From contig CAVYJM010000010.1 in NCBI GenBank assembly GCA_963768855.1, forward strand, positions 1 to 64,000: a stretch of 64,000 nt of DNA, in the 5' to 3' direction. Under the pieces are notes generated by a model. It was not told the origin of the DNA and did not search any database. It worked only from the letters and a program-made list of their open reading frames with translations. Shown here one piece after another: positions 47,241-56,718 of the stretch. Numbering within the stretch: position 1 is the stretch's first letter; every line of letters begins with the position of its first letter. The translations under genes and the position numbers were made by a program. This DNA is from an uncultured Thermoplasmata archaeon. Lineage in GTDB: Archaea > Thermoplasmatota > Thermoplasmata > RBG-16-68-12.

Positions 47241-48503
47241 ATGCCGAAACCGAAGGAATCTCTGAACCCCTTTGAGGTCGCCCAAGAGCAGATCGACCGG
47301 GCCGGGAAGAAGCTGAACCTGGACGCCGATCTCCTCGAGCTCCTCAAGCACCCGAAACGCGAACTCCACGTGAACTTCCCCGTCAAGATGGACGACGGGC
47401 ATACGAGGGTCTTCACGGGGTATCGCGTGCAGTACAACGACGCCCGCGGACCGTTCAAGGGCGGGATCCGGTATCACTGGAACGTCAGCATCGACGAGGT
47501 CCGAGCCCTCGCGTGCTGGATGACGTGGAAGTGCGCGGTCATGGACATCCCCTACGGCGGGGCGAAGGGCGGCATCATCTGCAACCCGAAGGAGCTGTCC
47601 AAGGCGGAGAACGAGCGCATGACGCGCCGCTACGCGTCCGAGATCTCGATCATCATCGGCCCCGAGAAGGACATCCCAGCCCCGGACGTCTACACGGACG
47701 GCCAGACGATGGCCTGGATCATGGACACGATCTCCATGGCCAAGGGCTATACCGTCTCCGGCGTGGTCACGGGCAAGCCGATCCCGATCGGCGGATCCCT
47801 CGGCCGAGACGAGGCCACGGCCCGCGGCGCGGTCTACACGACCCGCGAGGCGGCCAAGAAGATCAAGCTGAACCTGAAGGGCGCGACCGTCGCGGTCCAG
47901 GGATTCGGCAATGCCGGCTACCACTACGCTCGCCTCATGCAGGACGAGTACGGCTCCAAGATCGTCGCCGTCTCGGACAGCAAGGGTGGCATTTACAGCG
48001 AGAAGGGCTTCGACCCGAAGGAAGTCATGGCCTACAAGGAGAAGACCGGATCTGTCGTGGGCTTCCCCGGAACGAAGAAGATCACGAACGAGGAGCTCCT
48101 CGAGCTCGCCGTGGACATCCTGTCCCCCGCAGCCCTGGAGAACCAGATCACCTCGGAGAACGCGCCCCGCATCAAGGCGAAGATCAGCGCGGAGTGCGCG
48201 AACGGCCCGACGACCCCCGAGGCGGATGACATCCTCTTCAAGAAGGGCGTCCTCGTGATCCCGGACATCCTCGCGAACGGCGGCGGCGTGACCGTCTCCT
48301 ACTTCGAGTGGGTCCAGGACCTCGCGAACTTCTTCTGGACGAAGCCGGAAGTCGACCAGAAGCTCGAAGGCATCATGGTGCGTGCGTTCGACGCGGTCTG
48401 GAAGATGCACGAGGAGAAGAAGTGCGACATGCGCCAGGCGGCGTACATGGTCGCGATCAACCGCGTCGCGGAAGCGTACAAGTGGCGCGGCATCTATCCG
48501 TAG
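47241..48503 (+). CDS. gdhA: Glutamate dehydrogenase (Glu/Leu/Phe/Val family)
   Basis: 'RGPFKGGIRYH', 'PYGGAKGG', 'DIPAPDV.T', 'VQGFGNAG', 'PDILANGGGVTVSYFEWVQ'. Confidence 0.95.
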   Translation: MPKPKESLNPFEVAQEQIDRAGKKLNLDADLLELLKHPKRELHVNFPVKMDDGHTRVFTGYRVQYNDARGPFKGGIRYHWNVSIDEVRALACWMTWKCAVMDIPYGGAKGGIICNPKELSKAENERMTRRYASEISIIIGPEKDIPAPDVYTDGQTMAWIMDTISMAKGYTVSGVVTGKPIPIGGSLGRDEATARGAVYTTREAAKKIKLNLKGATVAVQGFGNAGYHYARLMQDEYGSKIVAVSDSKGGIYSEKGFDPKEVMAYKEKTGSVVGFPGTKKITNEELLELAVDILSPAALENQITSENAPRIKAKISAECANGPTTPEADDILFKKGVLVIPDILANGGGVTVSYFEWVQDLANFFWTKPEVDQKLEGIMVRAFDAVWKMHEEKKCDMRQAAYMVAINRVAEAYKWRGIYP

Positions 48504-48515
48504 GCGCGAAAACCC

Positions 48516-48551
48516 GGGGGCCACTCGGCCCCCTTTCCCTCTTTTCATTTT
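48516..48551 (+). terminator. Hairpin plus pyrimidine tract after gdhA
   Basis: GGGGGCC-ACTC-GGCCCCC followed by TTTCCCTCTTTTCATTTT. Confidence 0.6.
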
Positions 48552-48635
48552 CCCGCGGCCCGAGCGAGGGCGCCGCCCTCCGGAGCGCGGGGGGCGCGAC
48601 ACGATTAAATAGCGTCCGTTCCTACGCGCGCTCAC

Positions 48636-49433
48636 ATGCCCCTCAACCTCATCGTCTGCCTGAAGCAGATACCCAATCCGGACCTCCAGTTCGCCATCGC
48701 GCCGACGGGGAAGGACATCAAGCGCGAGACCCTGAACTACAAGACGAACGGGTCCGACGAATACGCCCTGGAGGAGGCCGTGCGGATCAAGGAGAAACAC
48801 GGCGGCCGCGTGGTCGCGCTCACGATGGGCCCGAAGCGCGCGGACTCCATGCTCCGCGAGGCGCTCGCCAAGGGCGCGGACGAGGCCGTCCGTATCTCCT
48901 ACGAGGACGTCGGGGGCTACGACGCAGGGAAGACGGGGCGGATCCTCGCCGCGGCAATCAAGACGCTCCCCCACGACCTCGTCCTCACGGGCGTCCAGTC
49001 GGACGATCTCGTGAACTCGGCCACCGGCGCGCTCGTCGCGGGCCTGCTCGGCCTCGCCCACGTGAGTGTCGTCACGAAGGTCGAGGTCCAGGGGACCGGC
49101 ATCGAGGTCTGGAGCGAGCTCGAGGGCGGCCTTTCGCGCCGATACTCCGTCCCGCTCCCCGCACTGGTCTCGATCCAGTTCGGGGCGAACGTCCCGCGGT
49201 ACGCGCCCCTCCCCGCGATCATGAAAGCCACGAGGCAACCGATCAAGGAAATCGCGCCCGCGGCCCTGGGCGTGCCGGGCTGGGACGCGATCGCGACGCC
49301 GTACGCGTTCGCGATCCGCAAGCTCTCCCCGCCCGAGGCGAAGGGCCACGCGACGATGATCTCGGGCAGCCCCGAGGAGCAGGCGAAGAAGCTCGCCCAG
49401 ATGCTCCGCGAGAAGGGCTTCGTGAGGAGGTGA
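48636..49433 (+). CDS. etfB: Electron transfer flavoprotein beta subunit
   Basis: 'VCLKQIP', 'DEYALEEAVRIKE', 'ALAKGADEA', 'GVQSDD'. Confidence 0.92.
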   Translation: MPLNLIVCLKQIPNPDLQFAIAPTGKDIKRETLNYKTNGSDEYALEEAVRIKEKHGGRVVALTMGPKRADSMLREALAKGADEAVRISYEDVGGYDAGKTGRILAAAIKTLPHDLVLTGVQSDDLVNSATGALVAGLLGLAHVSVVTKVEVQGTGIEVWSELEGGLSRRYSVPLPALVSIQFGANVPRYAPLPAIMKATRQPIKEIAPAALGVPGWDAIATPYAFAIRKLSPPEAKGHATMISGSPEEQAKKLAQMLREKGFVRR

Positions 49434-49437
49434 TCGC

Positions 49438-50406
49438 ATGGGCAAGGACATCCTCCTCCTGGCCGAGCATCTCGAGGGCAAGCTCGCCCCCTCCACGCTG
49501 GAGATCGTCGCGAAGGGACGCGAACTGGCGGCGCAGTCCGGCGGTGTCGCGAAGGCCGCGCTCTTCGGCCACGACGCCGGCGGTCTCGCGCAGGCCCTTG
49601 CGGGCTATGGGCTCCCGGTGCTTCTCGTCGACGATGCCTCCCTGTCCGAGTACACGGGGGGCGGGTACGGCCAGGCGGCCCGCGCCCTGGTCGAATCGCT
49701 CGCTCCGCGCGTCGTCCTCGCGGCCCACACGTCCCAGGGATATGACCTGGCGCCCGGCCTCGCGGGTGCGATGGACCTGCCGCTCGCGTCGAACTGCGTG
49801 GACATCCGGCTCGAGGGCGACAAGCTGGTCGCGACGCGCCGTATCCTCAACGAGAAGGTCCAGGGCGAATTCGAGATCTCATCCGAGAAGCCCTACGTCG
49901 TCACCCTGCGGCCCGGATCGACGAAGCCCGCGGAGCCCGCGCCTGGCGGCCAGGTCACGCCGATGGCCGTGGCGATCGAGCCGTCCCAGGTCCGGGAGAA
50001 GTTCCTCGGGATCGAGCGGCCCCAGGTCTCGGACATCGACATCGCCGCCGCGGACGTCATCGTCTCGGCAGGCCGGGGCATCCAGAAGAAGGAGAACCTC
50101 GCAATCATCGAGGAGTTCGCGAAGATCCTCGGCGGCGTCGTGGGCGCCTCCCGGCCCCTGACGGACCTGGAGTGGCTTCCGAAGACCCGCCAGGTGGGGC
50201 AGAGCGGGAAGACCGTGCGCCCCAAGCTCTACATCGCGTGCGGCATCAGCGGCGCGATGCAGCACGTGGCCGGGATGAAGGACGCGGGGCTCATCGTCGC
50301 GATCAACACGGATCCGAGCGCGCCGATCTTCGAGATCGCCCACGTGGGAATCGTGGGCAACGTCCTCCAGGTCGTGCCGCTCGCGGTGAAGGAGCTCAAG
50401 GGCTGA
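49438..50406 (+). CDS. etfA: Electron transfer flavoprotein alpha subunit
   Basis: 'ADVIVSAGRG', 'VGASRP', 'QVGQSGKTVRPKLYIACGISGAMQH.AGM'. Confidence 0.93.
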   Translation: MGKDILLLAEHLEGKLAPSTLEIVAKGRELAAQSGGVAKAALFGHDAGGLAQALAGYGLPVLLVDDASLSEYTGGGYGQAARALVESLAPRVVLAAHTSQGYDLAPGLAGAMDLPLASNCVDIRLEGDKLVATRRILNEKVQGEFEISSEKPYVVTLRPGSTKPAEPAPGGQVTPMAVAIEPSQVREKFLGIERPQVSDIDIAAADVIVSAGRGIQKKENLAIIEEFAKILGGVVGASRPLTDLEWLPKTRQVGQSGKTVRPKLYIACGISGAMQHVAGMKDAGLIVAINTDPSAPIFEIAHVGIVGNVLQVVPLAVKELKG

Positions 50407-50468
50407 GCCTCCCCGCCCTCCGACGGGCCCCCGGAGCTTTCATCTAGACCGCGGCGCCATCCCGATGC

Positions 50469-50870
50469 ATGGTCCAGCCGCCCCCGCAGCCGTACTGGCC
50501 TCCCGCGCGGCCGCTCGCCTGGCAGTCCCCCGGGGCGATTATCGGGATCGTGCTCGCTGCGGTCTTCGGGATCTTCTTCCTGCTCTTCGTCGTCTCGGGG
50601 TTCGGGATGAGCGGATTCCCCGGGGTCATGTTCGCACCATTCTGCGCGATCTTCCTAATCATCGTCGTCGTCATCGTACTCGCGGCGTCCCAAGGCCTGA
50701 GGCGGGCCCCGATTCCCCCGCCGCCCCCAATCCAGCAGCCCATGGTCCCCGCGGGCCAGATGGGCCCAGTCGCCCTGAACTGCCCCAACTGCGGCGCGCC
50801 CCCGCAGAACGTGGACCGGTTCGGAGTCGCGACCTGCACGTACTGCAACGCGCGCTTCCTCGTGCGGTGA
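50469..50870 (+). CDS. Pro-rich two-TM protein with C-terminal zinc ribbon
   Basis: 'CPNCGAP...ATCTYCN'; 6 bp upstream of the arrestin-like gene. Confidence 0.65.
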   Translation: MVQPPPQPYWPPARPLAWQSPGAIIGIVLAAVFGIFFLLFVVSGFGMSGFPGVMFAPFCAIFLIIVVVIVLAASQGLRRAPIPPPPPIQQPMVPAGQMGPVALNCPNCGAPPQNVDRFGVATCTYCNARFLVR

Positions 50871-50876
50871 GGGTCC

Positions 50877-51701
50877 GTGCCGCGGTTCATCTCCGTGGAG
50901 CTCGCCCGGAACACCTACTACACGGGCGACGTCCTCGAGGGGACCGTGGTCCTCGAGACGACGAAGGAGACCCCGAGCCGCGGGCTCTACGTCGACTTCA
51001 CCGGCAAGGAGGAAACGCAGATCACGCGGAGCAGCGGCAAGCAGAGCGTGACCTACCGATCCGAGGCGGCGCTCGTGAGCTGGCGCCTCCCGCTCCAGGG
51101 CGAGGCGACGATCGCCCCGGGCGCCTACCGGTTCCCGTTCAAGTTCCAGGTGCCCCTCCAGGGACTGCCTTCCTATCAGGGTCGCCACGCGGTCGTGAAG
51201 TACATCCTGAGCGCGCGGCTCGACGTACCCCTGTGGCTCGACACGGTCTGGAGCAACGAGGTCTTCGTGTTCTACGACCGGCCGAGCGTCCGCACGTTCT
51301 CCGAGCCCGCGCGGTTCCGTTCCGGCGGGGATGGTCCCGAGGTCTACGTCGAGCTGGACGGGGACCGGTTCTTCGCGCGCGAGATGATCGGCTGCCGGAT
51401 CACCCTGCTCCGGGCAGGGGACCAGCGGATCCGGCGCCTGTACGCGCGCCTCATCGGCGCCGAGTTCGCCCAGGCCCAGAGCCAGCACGAGGAGACGACG
51501 ACCTTCCGCACCGAGGTCGATGTGCCCGCAGAACAGATCAAGCTCGGGGTCCCGTTCACGTTCGAGATCCCGATCCCCGGCAACGTGCAGTCGGCCTATC
51601 GCGGGACGTACTCGTACTACAGCTACATGCTCCAGATCGGCCTCGACATCGCCTGGGGGTTCGACTTGGTCGCCCAGACCCCCATCGTCATCGTCCGCTG
51701 A
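50877..51701 (+). CDS. Arrestin-fold (Spo0M/alpha-arrestin-like) two-domain protein
   Basis: 'YYTGDVLEGTV.L...K....RGLYV.FTG.EET', 'PG.YRFPF.F.VP...LPSY.G....VKY.L.A.LD.P'. Confidence 0.7.
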   Translation: MPRFISVELARNTYYTGDVLEGTVVLETTKETPSRGLYVDFTGKEETQITRSSGKQSVTYRSEAALVSWRLPLQGEATIAPGAYRFPFKFQVPLQGLPSYQGRHAVVKYILSARLDVPLWLDTVWSNEVFVFYDRPSVRTFSEPARFRSGGDGPEVYVELDGDRFFAREMIGCRITLLRAGDQRIRRLYARLIGAEFAQAQSQHEETTTFRTEVDVPAEQIKLGVPFTFEIPIPGNVQSAYRGTYSYYSYMLQIGLDIAWGFDLVAQTPIVIVR

Positions 51702-51733
51702 GCGACCGGGGCGCGGCCGCATCGTCTGATGCG

Positions 51734-51756
51734 AGTCAACCTTGTTTAAGGTTGCA
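51734..51756. promoter_or_regulatory. Palindrome copy 4: AGTCAACCTT-GTTT-AAGGTTGCA
   Basis: 21 bp identical to copy 1 (6081-6101); 52 bp upstream of the pterin dehydratase ATG. Confidence 0.78.
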
Positions 51757-51807
51757 CGGGATTCGCGTCAGCCTTTTGCCCGCCCGCGGCCTGCGTGCGT
51801 TCCGTCC

Positions 51808-52095
51808 ATGGCCCGACGCAAGCTTTTGCCCGAAGCGGAAATCGAGGTCCGCCTTCGGAAGGTTCCTGCCTGGAGGCGGGAAGGCGCCGCAATCACCCGC
51901 GAGTGGATATTCGAGGACTTCCCGCCCGCCCTCGCCTTCATCAACCGAGTCGGGGGCCTCGCGGAGGCCGCGAATCACCATCCGGACATCTTCAACTCGT
52001 GGAACCGTGTCCGGCTCAGCCTCACCACCCACGATGCCGGCGGGCTCACGGATCGCGACTTCGCCTTGGCCAAGCGGATTGATGGTCTCGAATAG
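51808..52095 (+). CDS. Pterin-4-alpha-carbinolamine dehydratase
   Basis: 'W......I.R...F.DF..A.AF.NRV..LAE.ANHHPDI...W.RV.L.L.THDAGGLT.RDF.LA'. Confidence 0.9.
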   Translation: MARRKLLPEAEIEVRLRKVPAWRREGAAITREWIFEDFPPALAFINRVGGLAEAANHHPDIFNSWNRVRLSLTTHDAGGLTDRDFALAKRIDGLE

Positions 52096-52249
52096 TTGGA
52101 GGCCTCGATTCTCCGACGCCCCCCGGCGGCAGTCCCCCTTGGCGCAGGCAGATTTCGGATGTCCGAAATTTCCTCGTCTTTTCGACCGTCGTACAAGAAC
52201 GCTTTAAGCGCACCCCCGCGGTGGGCGGCCGCCCAACGGAGGCGGAAGC

Positions 52250-52888
52250 ATGCGAAAGGCAACCCTCATCGTCACGGCCCTGCTTGCCGTGCTAGCTCTG
52301 TCCGTTGGAGCCCTCGCCTACCCTGTGGTCGTGGGGGTTCACCCCTTCGCGACGGTCCATCCTGCCGCGCCGGCCACCGCGAGCCATCCCAGGGGAGACG
52401 ACAACTCCACGGGCAATCAGACGAACGACAATGAGACGGGCGACCGTGAGACGCCGCCCGCCGGGAATGAGTCGGACAACGAGACCGGCGACAATGAGAC
52501 CGCTCCGCCCGTTCCGCCCTCGCCTGAGGGCAACGAGACCGAGAACGAATCCGAGATGAACGTGTCCGTCGAGCACAATGTGACCGTCGTCCAGGCGGAC
52601 AACACGACCTGGATCAACGGCACGATCGTCGTGACGCAGGGCAACGTGACCCTGGTGGATGTCACCTTCCAGATCGTCGTCCATGACAACGGCACGGCCA
52701 ATGTGACCTTCGACGGGACCCAGACGGTCGGTTCGATGGTGATTTCGGTCCACGGCGTCGCGGTCTTCGAATCCGACAGCCGGACCCTCGTTGCGTTCGG
52801 GACGGCCACGGCCAGCCAGAACGGGACGGTCCAGTGGACCCGGACCTTCGGGTTCGAACTACCCCTGTCCGACCCCGTGAGATGCTAA
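52250..52888 (+). CDS. Secreted, sequon-dense putative glycoprotein
   Basis: Signal peptide; 16 of 17 Asn residues are in N-x-S/T sequons. Confidence 0.7.
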   Translation: MRKATLIVTALLAVLALSVGALAYPVVVGVHPFATVHPAAPATASHPRGDDNSTGNQTNDNETGDRETPPAGNESDNETGDNETAPPVPPSPEGNETENESEMNVSVEHNVTVVQADNTTWINGTIVVTQGNVTLVDVTFQIVVHDNGTANVTFDGTQTVGSMVISVHGVAVFESDSRTLVAFGTATASQNGTVQWTRTFGFELPLSDPVRC

Positions 52889-52945
52889 GTCCAACCCTCT
52901 TCCACCCCGGATGCCGGGGAAGGGACCGTCCGCCGGGGCGGCCGC

Positions 52946-55042
52946 CTACAGTGTTTTCTCCAAGAGTTCAGCGATGTCCGCGCGGGCGAGGTCCTCCCGG
53001 TTCTTCGTCTTCGCCGCGTCGTCGAACATGATCAGGCAGTACGGGCAGGCGGACGCGACCGTCTTCGCGCCGGTCTCCGCGACCTGGTCGAGCCGGCGAT
53101 GGTTCACCTTCTGGCCGACCTTCTCCTCCATCCACATCCGCGCCCCGCCCGCCCCGCAGCAGAAGCCCTTGTCGCGGCACATCTTCATCTCGACGCTCTT
53201 CACGCCGGGGAGGCGAAGCAGGACGTCCCGGGGCTCCTCGTAGACCTTGTTGTACCGTCCGAGGTAGCAGGCGTCGTGGAAGGTCAGGAACTCCTGGACC
53301 TCCTTCGTCGGCCTCAGTTTGCCCGCCTTCAGGAGCTCGTCCAGGAAGACGGAGTGATGGACGACGTCATAGGCGCCCCCGAAATCCGGGTACTCGTTCT
53401 TGAGCGTGTTGAAGCAGTGGGGACACGCCGTCACGATCTTCTTCACAGCGTACCGGTTCAGCGTCTCCACGTTCGCCTTGATCATCATCTGTGCGCGGAA
53501 CTCGTCCCCGAGGCGCCGCGCCGGGTCGCCTGTGCACTTCTCCTCGGGCCCCAGGATCGCGAACTTGACGCCCGCCTTCTGCAGGAGCCGCGAGAACGAC
53601 TGCGCGACCTTCTTGTTCCGATCGTCGAACGACGCGGCGCAACCGACCCAGTACAGGACGTCGACCTGCTCGCCCGCGGCCACGACCTCGGAGAGCGTTC
53701 GGACGCCGAGACCCGCGGCCCAGTTGCCCCGCTGGTCCCATCCGATTCCCCAGGGGTTGAAGTTGGTCTCGATGTTCCGCAACATCGCCTGCGTTTCCTC
53801 GGGCATCTTGCCAATCTCTAGGACGAAGTTGCGGCGCAGCTCGACGATGAGCGGGACGTGGCGGATCGAGACCGGGCACTCCTGCATGCATGCCATGCAC
53901 GTCGTGCAGTCGAACAGCTCCTCGTAGCCGACGTACTCGGGCAACGGTTCCCCGAGCGTCTTCCCGCGCGCCTCCTTGACCATCGCGTCCTTCAGGTCCA
54001 GGATCACGTGCATCGGATCGAGCGGCTTCCCGGTGCTCCACGCGGGGCACACGGACGTGCACCGCCCGCAGATCGTGCACGCGTCCAGCTGCAGCCGGTC
54101 GAACCACGAGAACGCCTTCGTGGAGGCGGCGCCCAGCATGGGCTGGGGTGCTCCCTCCTGCATGATCAGGTCGACGTCGAAGTCCTTCGGGAGGCGTCCA
54201 TACGGTCCCGCGCTCTCGTAGAACGTCCGGGCGGGACTGAAGAGGAAATGGCTCGCCTTGGTCCACGGGAGCGTGGCGAGCACGAAGGACCAGGTCCCCG
54301 CATGGAACCACCACAGGGCGCCGTACGTCCAGGCGAGCACCGGCACGGGCGTGATTGTGACGCTCGTCGCCGTCACGGTCACGGTCGCCAGGCTCGAGTT
54401 CACGCCGACGGCTCGGAGGAGGAGCGAAAGGCCGTATCCGAAGAAGGACCACTCCTGCCACGGCGGCTGGAGGACCGCGAGCCGGATCGCCTCGAGGAGG
54501 TATCCCTGGAGGATGAGGAGGAACAGGACGCCGGGAAGGAATAGATCAGGCCGCTCGTTGCGGAGGTACTTCGGCCGCTGCGCGAGGCGCCGGAAGAAGA
54601 CCATGCCCAAGCCCACGAGGAAGGCGAGGCCCATGAAATCCAGGGCTGCCTTGAAGATCAGATACGGGTTGCCGCGGAGGACGTCCCAGTTCACATGGGA
54701 GGTCACGTCCATGTTGACGGCGACGATTGTCGTGCCGATCGCGAGGGCGATGAAGCCCGTGTAGAGCAGGAGGTGCATCACGCCGGCGTACCGCCGCCGC
54801 GCGACCTTCTTCTGGAACACCCCGACGACCAAGAGCCTCTGGAGGTGGAGCCAGAAGGACGCGCCCGTGGAACCGGCGGCGCCACCTTTCCAGATCCGCC
54901 ATCGATCCCAGAGGCCGTACGCCGCGATGAGGAGCGCGACGCCGGTGACCGCGTAGATCGCGAGCGAGGTCCAGTCCGGCAGGAAGTTGAGGTTCGTCCG
55001 GCACGGGACGGCTCCAGTGGGGTCGCAGGCTGGGAGAGGCAT
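52946..55042 (-). CDS. Membrane-bound Fe-S oxidoreductase (NarI-like TM, 4Fe-4S dicluster and two CCG domains; HdrD/FadF-like)
   Basis: 'CTICGRCTSVCP', 'CTTCMACMQECP', 'YWVGC', 'CTGD', 'CPHC', 'FHDAC', 'CCGAGG', 'ACPYC'. Confidence 0.85.
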   Translation of the reverse strand: MPLPACDPTGAVPCRTNLNFLPDWTSLAIYAVTGVALLIAAYGLWDRWRIWKGGAAGSTGASFWLHLQRLLVVGVFQKKVARRRYAGVMHLLLYTGFIALAIGTTIVAVNMDVTSHVNWDVLRGNPYLIFKAALDFMGLAFLVGLGMVFFRRLAQRPKYLRNERPDLFLPGVLFLLILQGYLLEAIRLAVLQPPWQEWSFFGYGLSLLLRAVGVNSSLATVTVTATSVTITPVPVLAWTYGALWWFHAGTWSFVLATLPWTKASHFLFSPARTFYESAGPYGRLPKDFDVDLIMQEGAPQPMLGAASTKAFSWFDRLQLDACTICGRCTSVCPAWSTGKPLDPMHVILDLKDAMVKEARGKTLGEPLPEYVGYEELFDCTTCMACMQECPVSIRHVPLIVELRRNFVLEIGKMPEETQAMLRNIETNFNPWGIGWDQRGNWAAGLGVRTLSEVVAAGEQVDVLYWVGCAASFDDRNKKVAQSFSRLLQKAGVKFAILGPEEKCTGDPARRLGDEFRAQMMIKANVETLNRYAVKKIVTACPHCFNTLKNEYPDFGGAYDVVHHSVFLDELLKAGKLRPTKEVQEFLTFHDACYLGRYNKVYEEPRDVLLRLPGVKSVEMKMCRDKGFCCGAGGARMWMEEKVGQKVNHRRLDQVAETGAKTVASACPYCLIMFDDAAKTKNREDLARADIAELLEKTL

Positions 55043-55120
55043 TCAGAACTCCTTCCTCGGAATCCCCGACTCCTCTGGGGGCCTCCGCAGGCGCCCGGGC
55101 GACGAAGGTCGTGACGCTAT

Positions 55121-55849
55121 TTAACCCCGCGCGGCCGGGCGCGCGACGAGGACGAACTTGCGTCGGTCCGCCGACACGGGCTCCTGGTCCCAGCCGCCGT
55201 AGGTGGCCTCGACGTGCCAGCCCGCGCTCGCGAGGAGTGCATGCGTCTCGTGCGGTGCCAGGAGTTGCAGCGTCGCGGAGGACTCGCTCCGGAACCGCAG
55301 GTCCGGGCCGACGCGCTCGTAGAACTTCCATCGGAGGTCGAGGAGGCCCGACGTCCCGTCGAACGTCCGGAACTCGTGCTGCTCCAGGTCGCCGACGACA
55401 TGGTAGGCGAAGGGCCTCGGGCGGGCGGCGAAGAAGTCCCGGTGCAGGAAGTCGACGAGGAGGATCCCGCCCGGGACGAGGTGGCCGCGCAGGCGGATCA
55501 GGAAGTCCCGTTCCTCGTCGCGGGGTCCTCGCCCCAGCGCGTGGTCGAGGCACAGGGCCGCGTCGAACTGCTCCGCGACGGGAGGGCCCGGCATCGTCTC
55601 CTTGGACGCCGTGCGGAAGGTGAGGCGGCCCTCAAGCTTCTTCGGAACCCGTTGCCGAAGCGCCCCGATTGCGACCTCGTTCGCGTCCACGGCGGTCACG
55701 TGGAAGCCGCGCTCGGCCAGCTCGAACGCGCGGCGACCGATGCCGCAGGGCGCGTCGAGGATCCGCGCGTCGCGGGCCACCCCCTTCGCGGCGAGAAATG
55801 CCTCGATCTCCTCGGCCTCCTGCGCGGGCGGTCGGGGGACCGGGGGCAC
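55121..55849 (-). CDS. Class I SAM-dependent methyltransferase (tandem paralog, shorter N-terminus)
   Basis: 'ILDAPCGIGRR', 'VTAVD', 'LVPGGILLVD'. Confidence 0.75.
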   Translation of the reverse strand: MPPVPRPPAQEAEEIEAFLAAKGVARDARILDAPCGIGRRAFELAERGFHVTAVDANEVAIGALRQRVPKKLEGRLTFRTASKETMPGPPVAEQFDAALCLDHALGRGPRDEERDFLIRLRGHLVPGGILLVDFLHRDFFAARPRPFAYHVVGDLEQHEFRTFDGTSGLLDLRWKFYERVGPDLRFRSESSATLQLLAPHETHALLASAGWHVEATYGGWDQEPVSADRRKFVLVARPAARG

Positions 55850-56638
55850 TCACTTCCTCCCGATCACGACGAGGCCGGGCGCATCGATTCCCGGAGCGTC
55901 CATCTCGTATCCTCCGAACGTCCCCTCGACACGCCAGCCGCCCCGCTCGAACAGGGAACGGAGCTCGTGCAGGCTGTAGATGCGGTGATCCACGTCCATC
56001 GCGGCGATCCCTTCGAGGTCCTGCCCGCTCTTCCGGAAGAAGCGCCAGTGGTTGCGCATCCACGACGCGTCGAGGTCCAGGCGGCGGTCTTCGATGTGGA
56101 CGAGGTCTCCGAACTCCTCCCATCCCTGGGGATCGAAGTGACGCACGACTCGGTCGCGGTTCACGACGTAGAGGACGAAGATCCCCCCGGGACGCACGAG
56201 GTCCGCGTAGCCGCGGAGGATGGCGACGTCCGTCTCCTCGCCGTAGTAGCCCAGGGAGGTCCAGAGGTTCACGGCGGCGTCGAAGGGGCGCTCGTCCTCC
56301 GGGACGGATCGGCCGAGCTCCCGCATGTCGCCGACGCGGTACCTCGCCCGGTCTGCGACGCCCTCCCGCTCTGCGAGCTCCTGGGCGCGCCGCACATACG
56401 CGGCCGAGAGGTCGAGGCCAAGGGTCCGGTACCCGATCTTCGCCAGTCGGGTCGCGTGTCGTCCGATGCCGCACGGGACGTCCAGGACGCGTCCTCCCTC
56501 CGGGACGCCGAAGCGGTCGAGGATCGCCTTCAGATCCCGCGCCTGGGCCTCGCCCGCCTCCCATCCATGCTCGTGGATCCGGAGGAAGATCTCATCGTGA
56601 TCCAGGAAGAGCTGCCGGGTCCAGTGTTCCTCCGGCAC
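55850..56638 (-). CDS. Class I SAM-dependent methyltransferase
   Basis: 'VLDVPCGIGRH', 'GLDLS', 'GDMR', 'FDAAVNLWTSLGY', 'VRPGG'; start approximate. Confidence 0.85.
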   Translation of the reverse strand: MPEEHWTRQLFLDHDEIFLRIHEHGWEAGEAQARDLKAILDRFGVPEGGRVLDVPCGIGRHATRLAKIGYRTLGLDLSAAYVRRAQELAEREGVADRARYRVGDMRELGRSVPEDERPFDAAVNLWTSLGYYGEETDVAILRGYADLVRPGGIFVLYVVNRDRVVRHFDPQGWEEFGDLVHIEDRRLDLDASWMRNHWRFFRKSGQDLEGIAAMDVDHRIYSLHELRSLFERGGWRVEGTFGGYEMDAPGIDAPGLVVIGRK

Positions 56639-56718
56639 GGGAGCCGCGATGGCCTGCAGGACTATAAGCCCGCGCCGCCACCGAAGCCTATTCATGTCCG
56701 CGATCCGGTTCGGGACCG

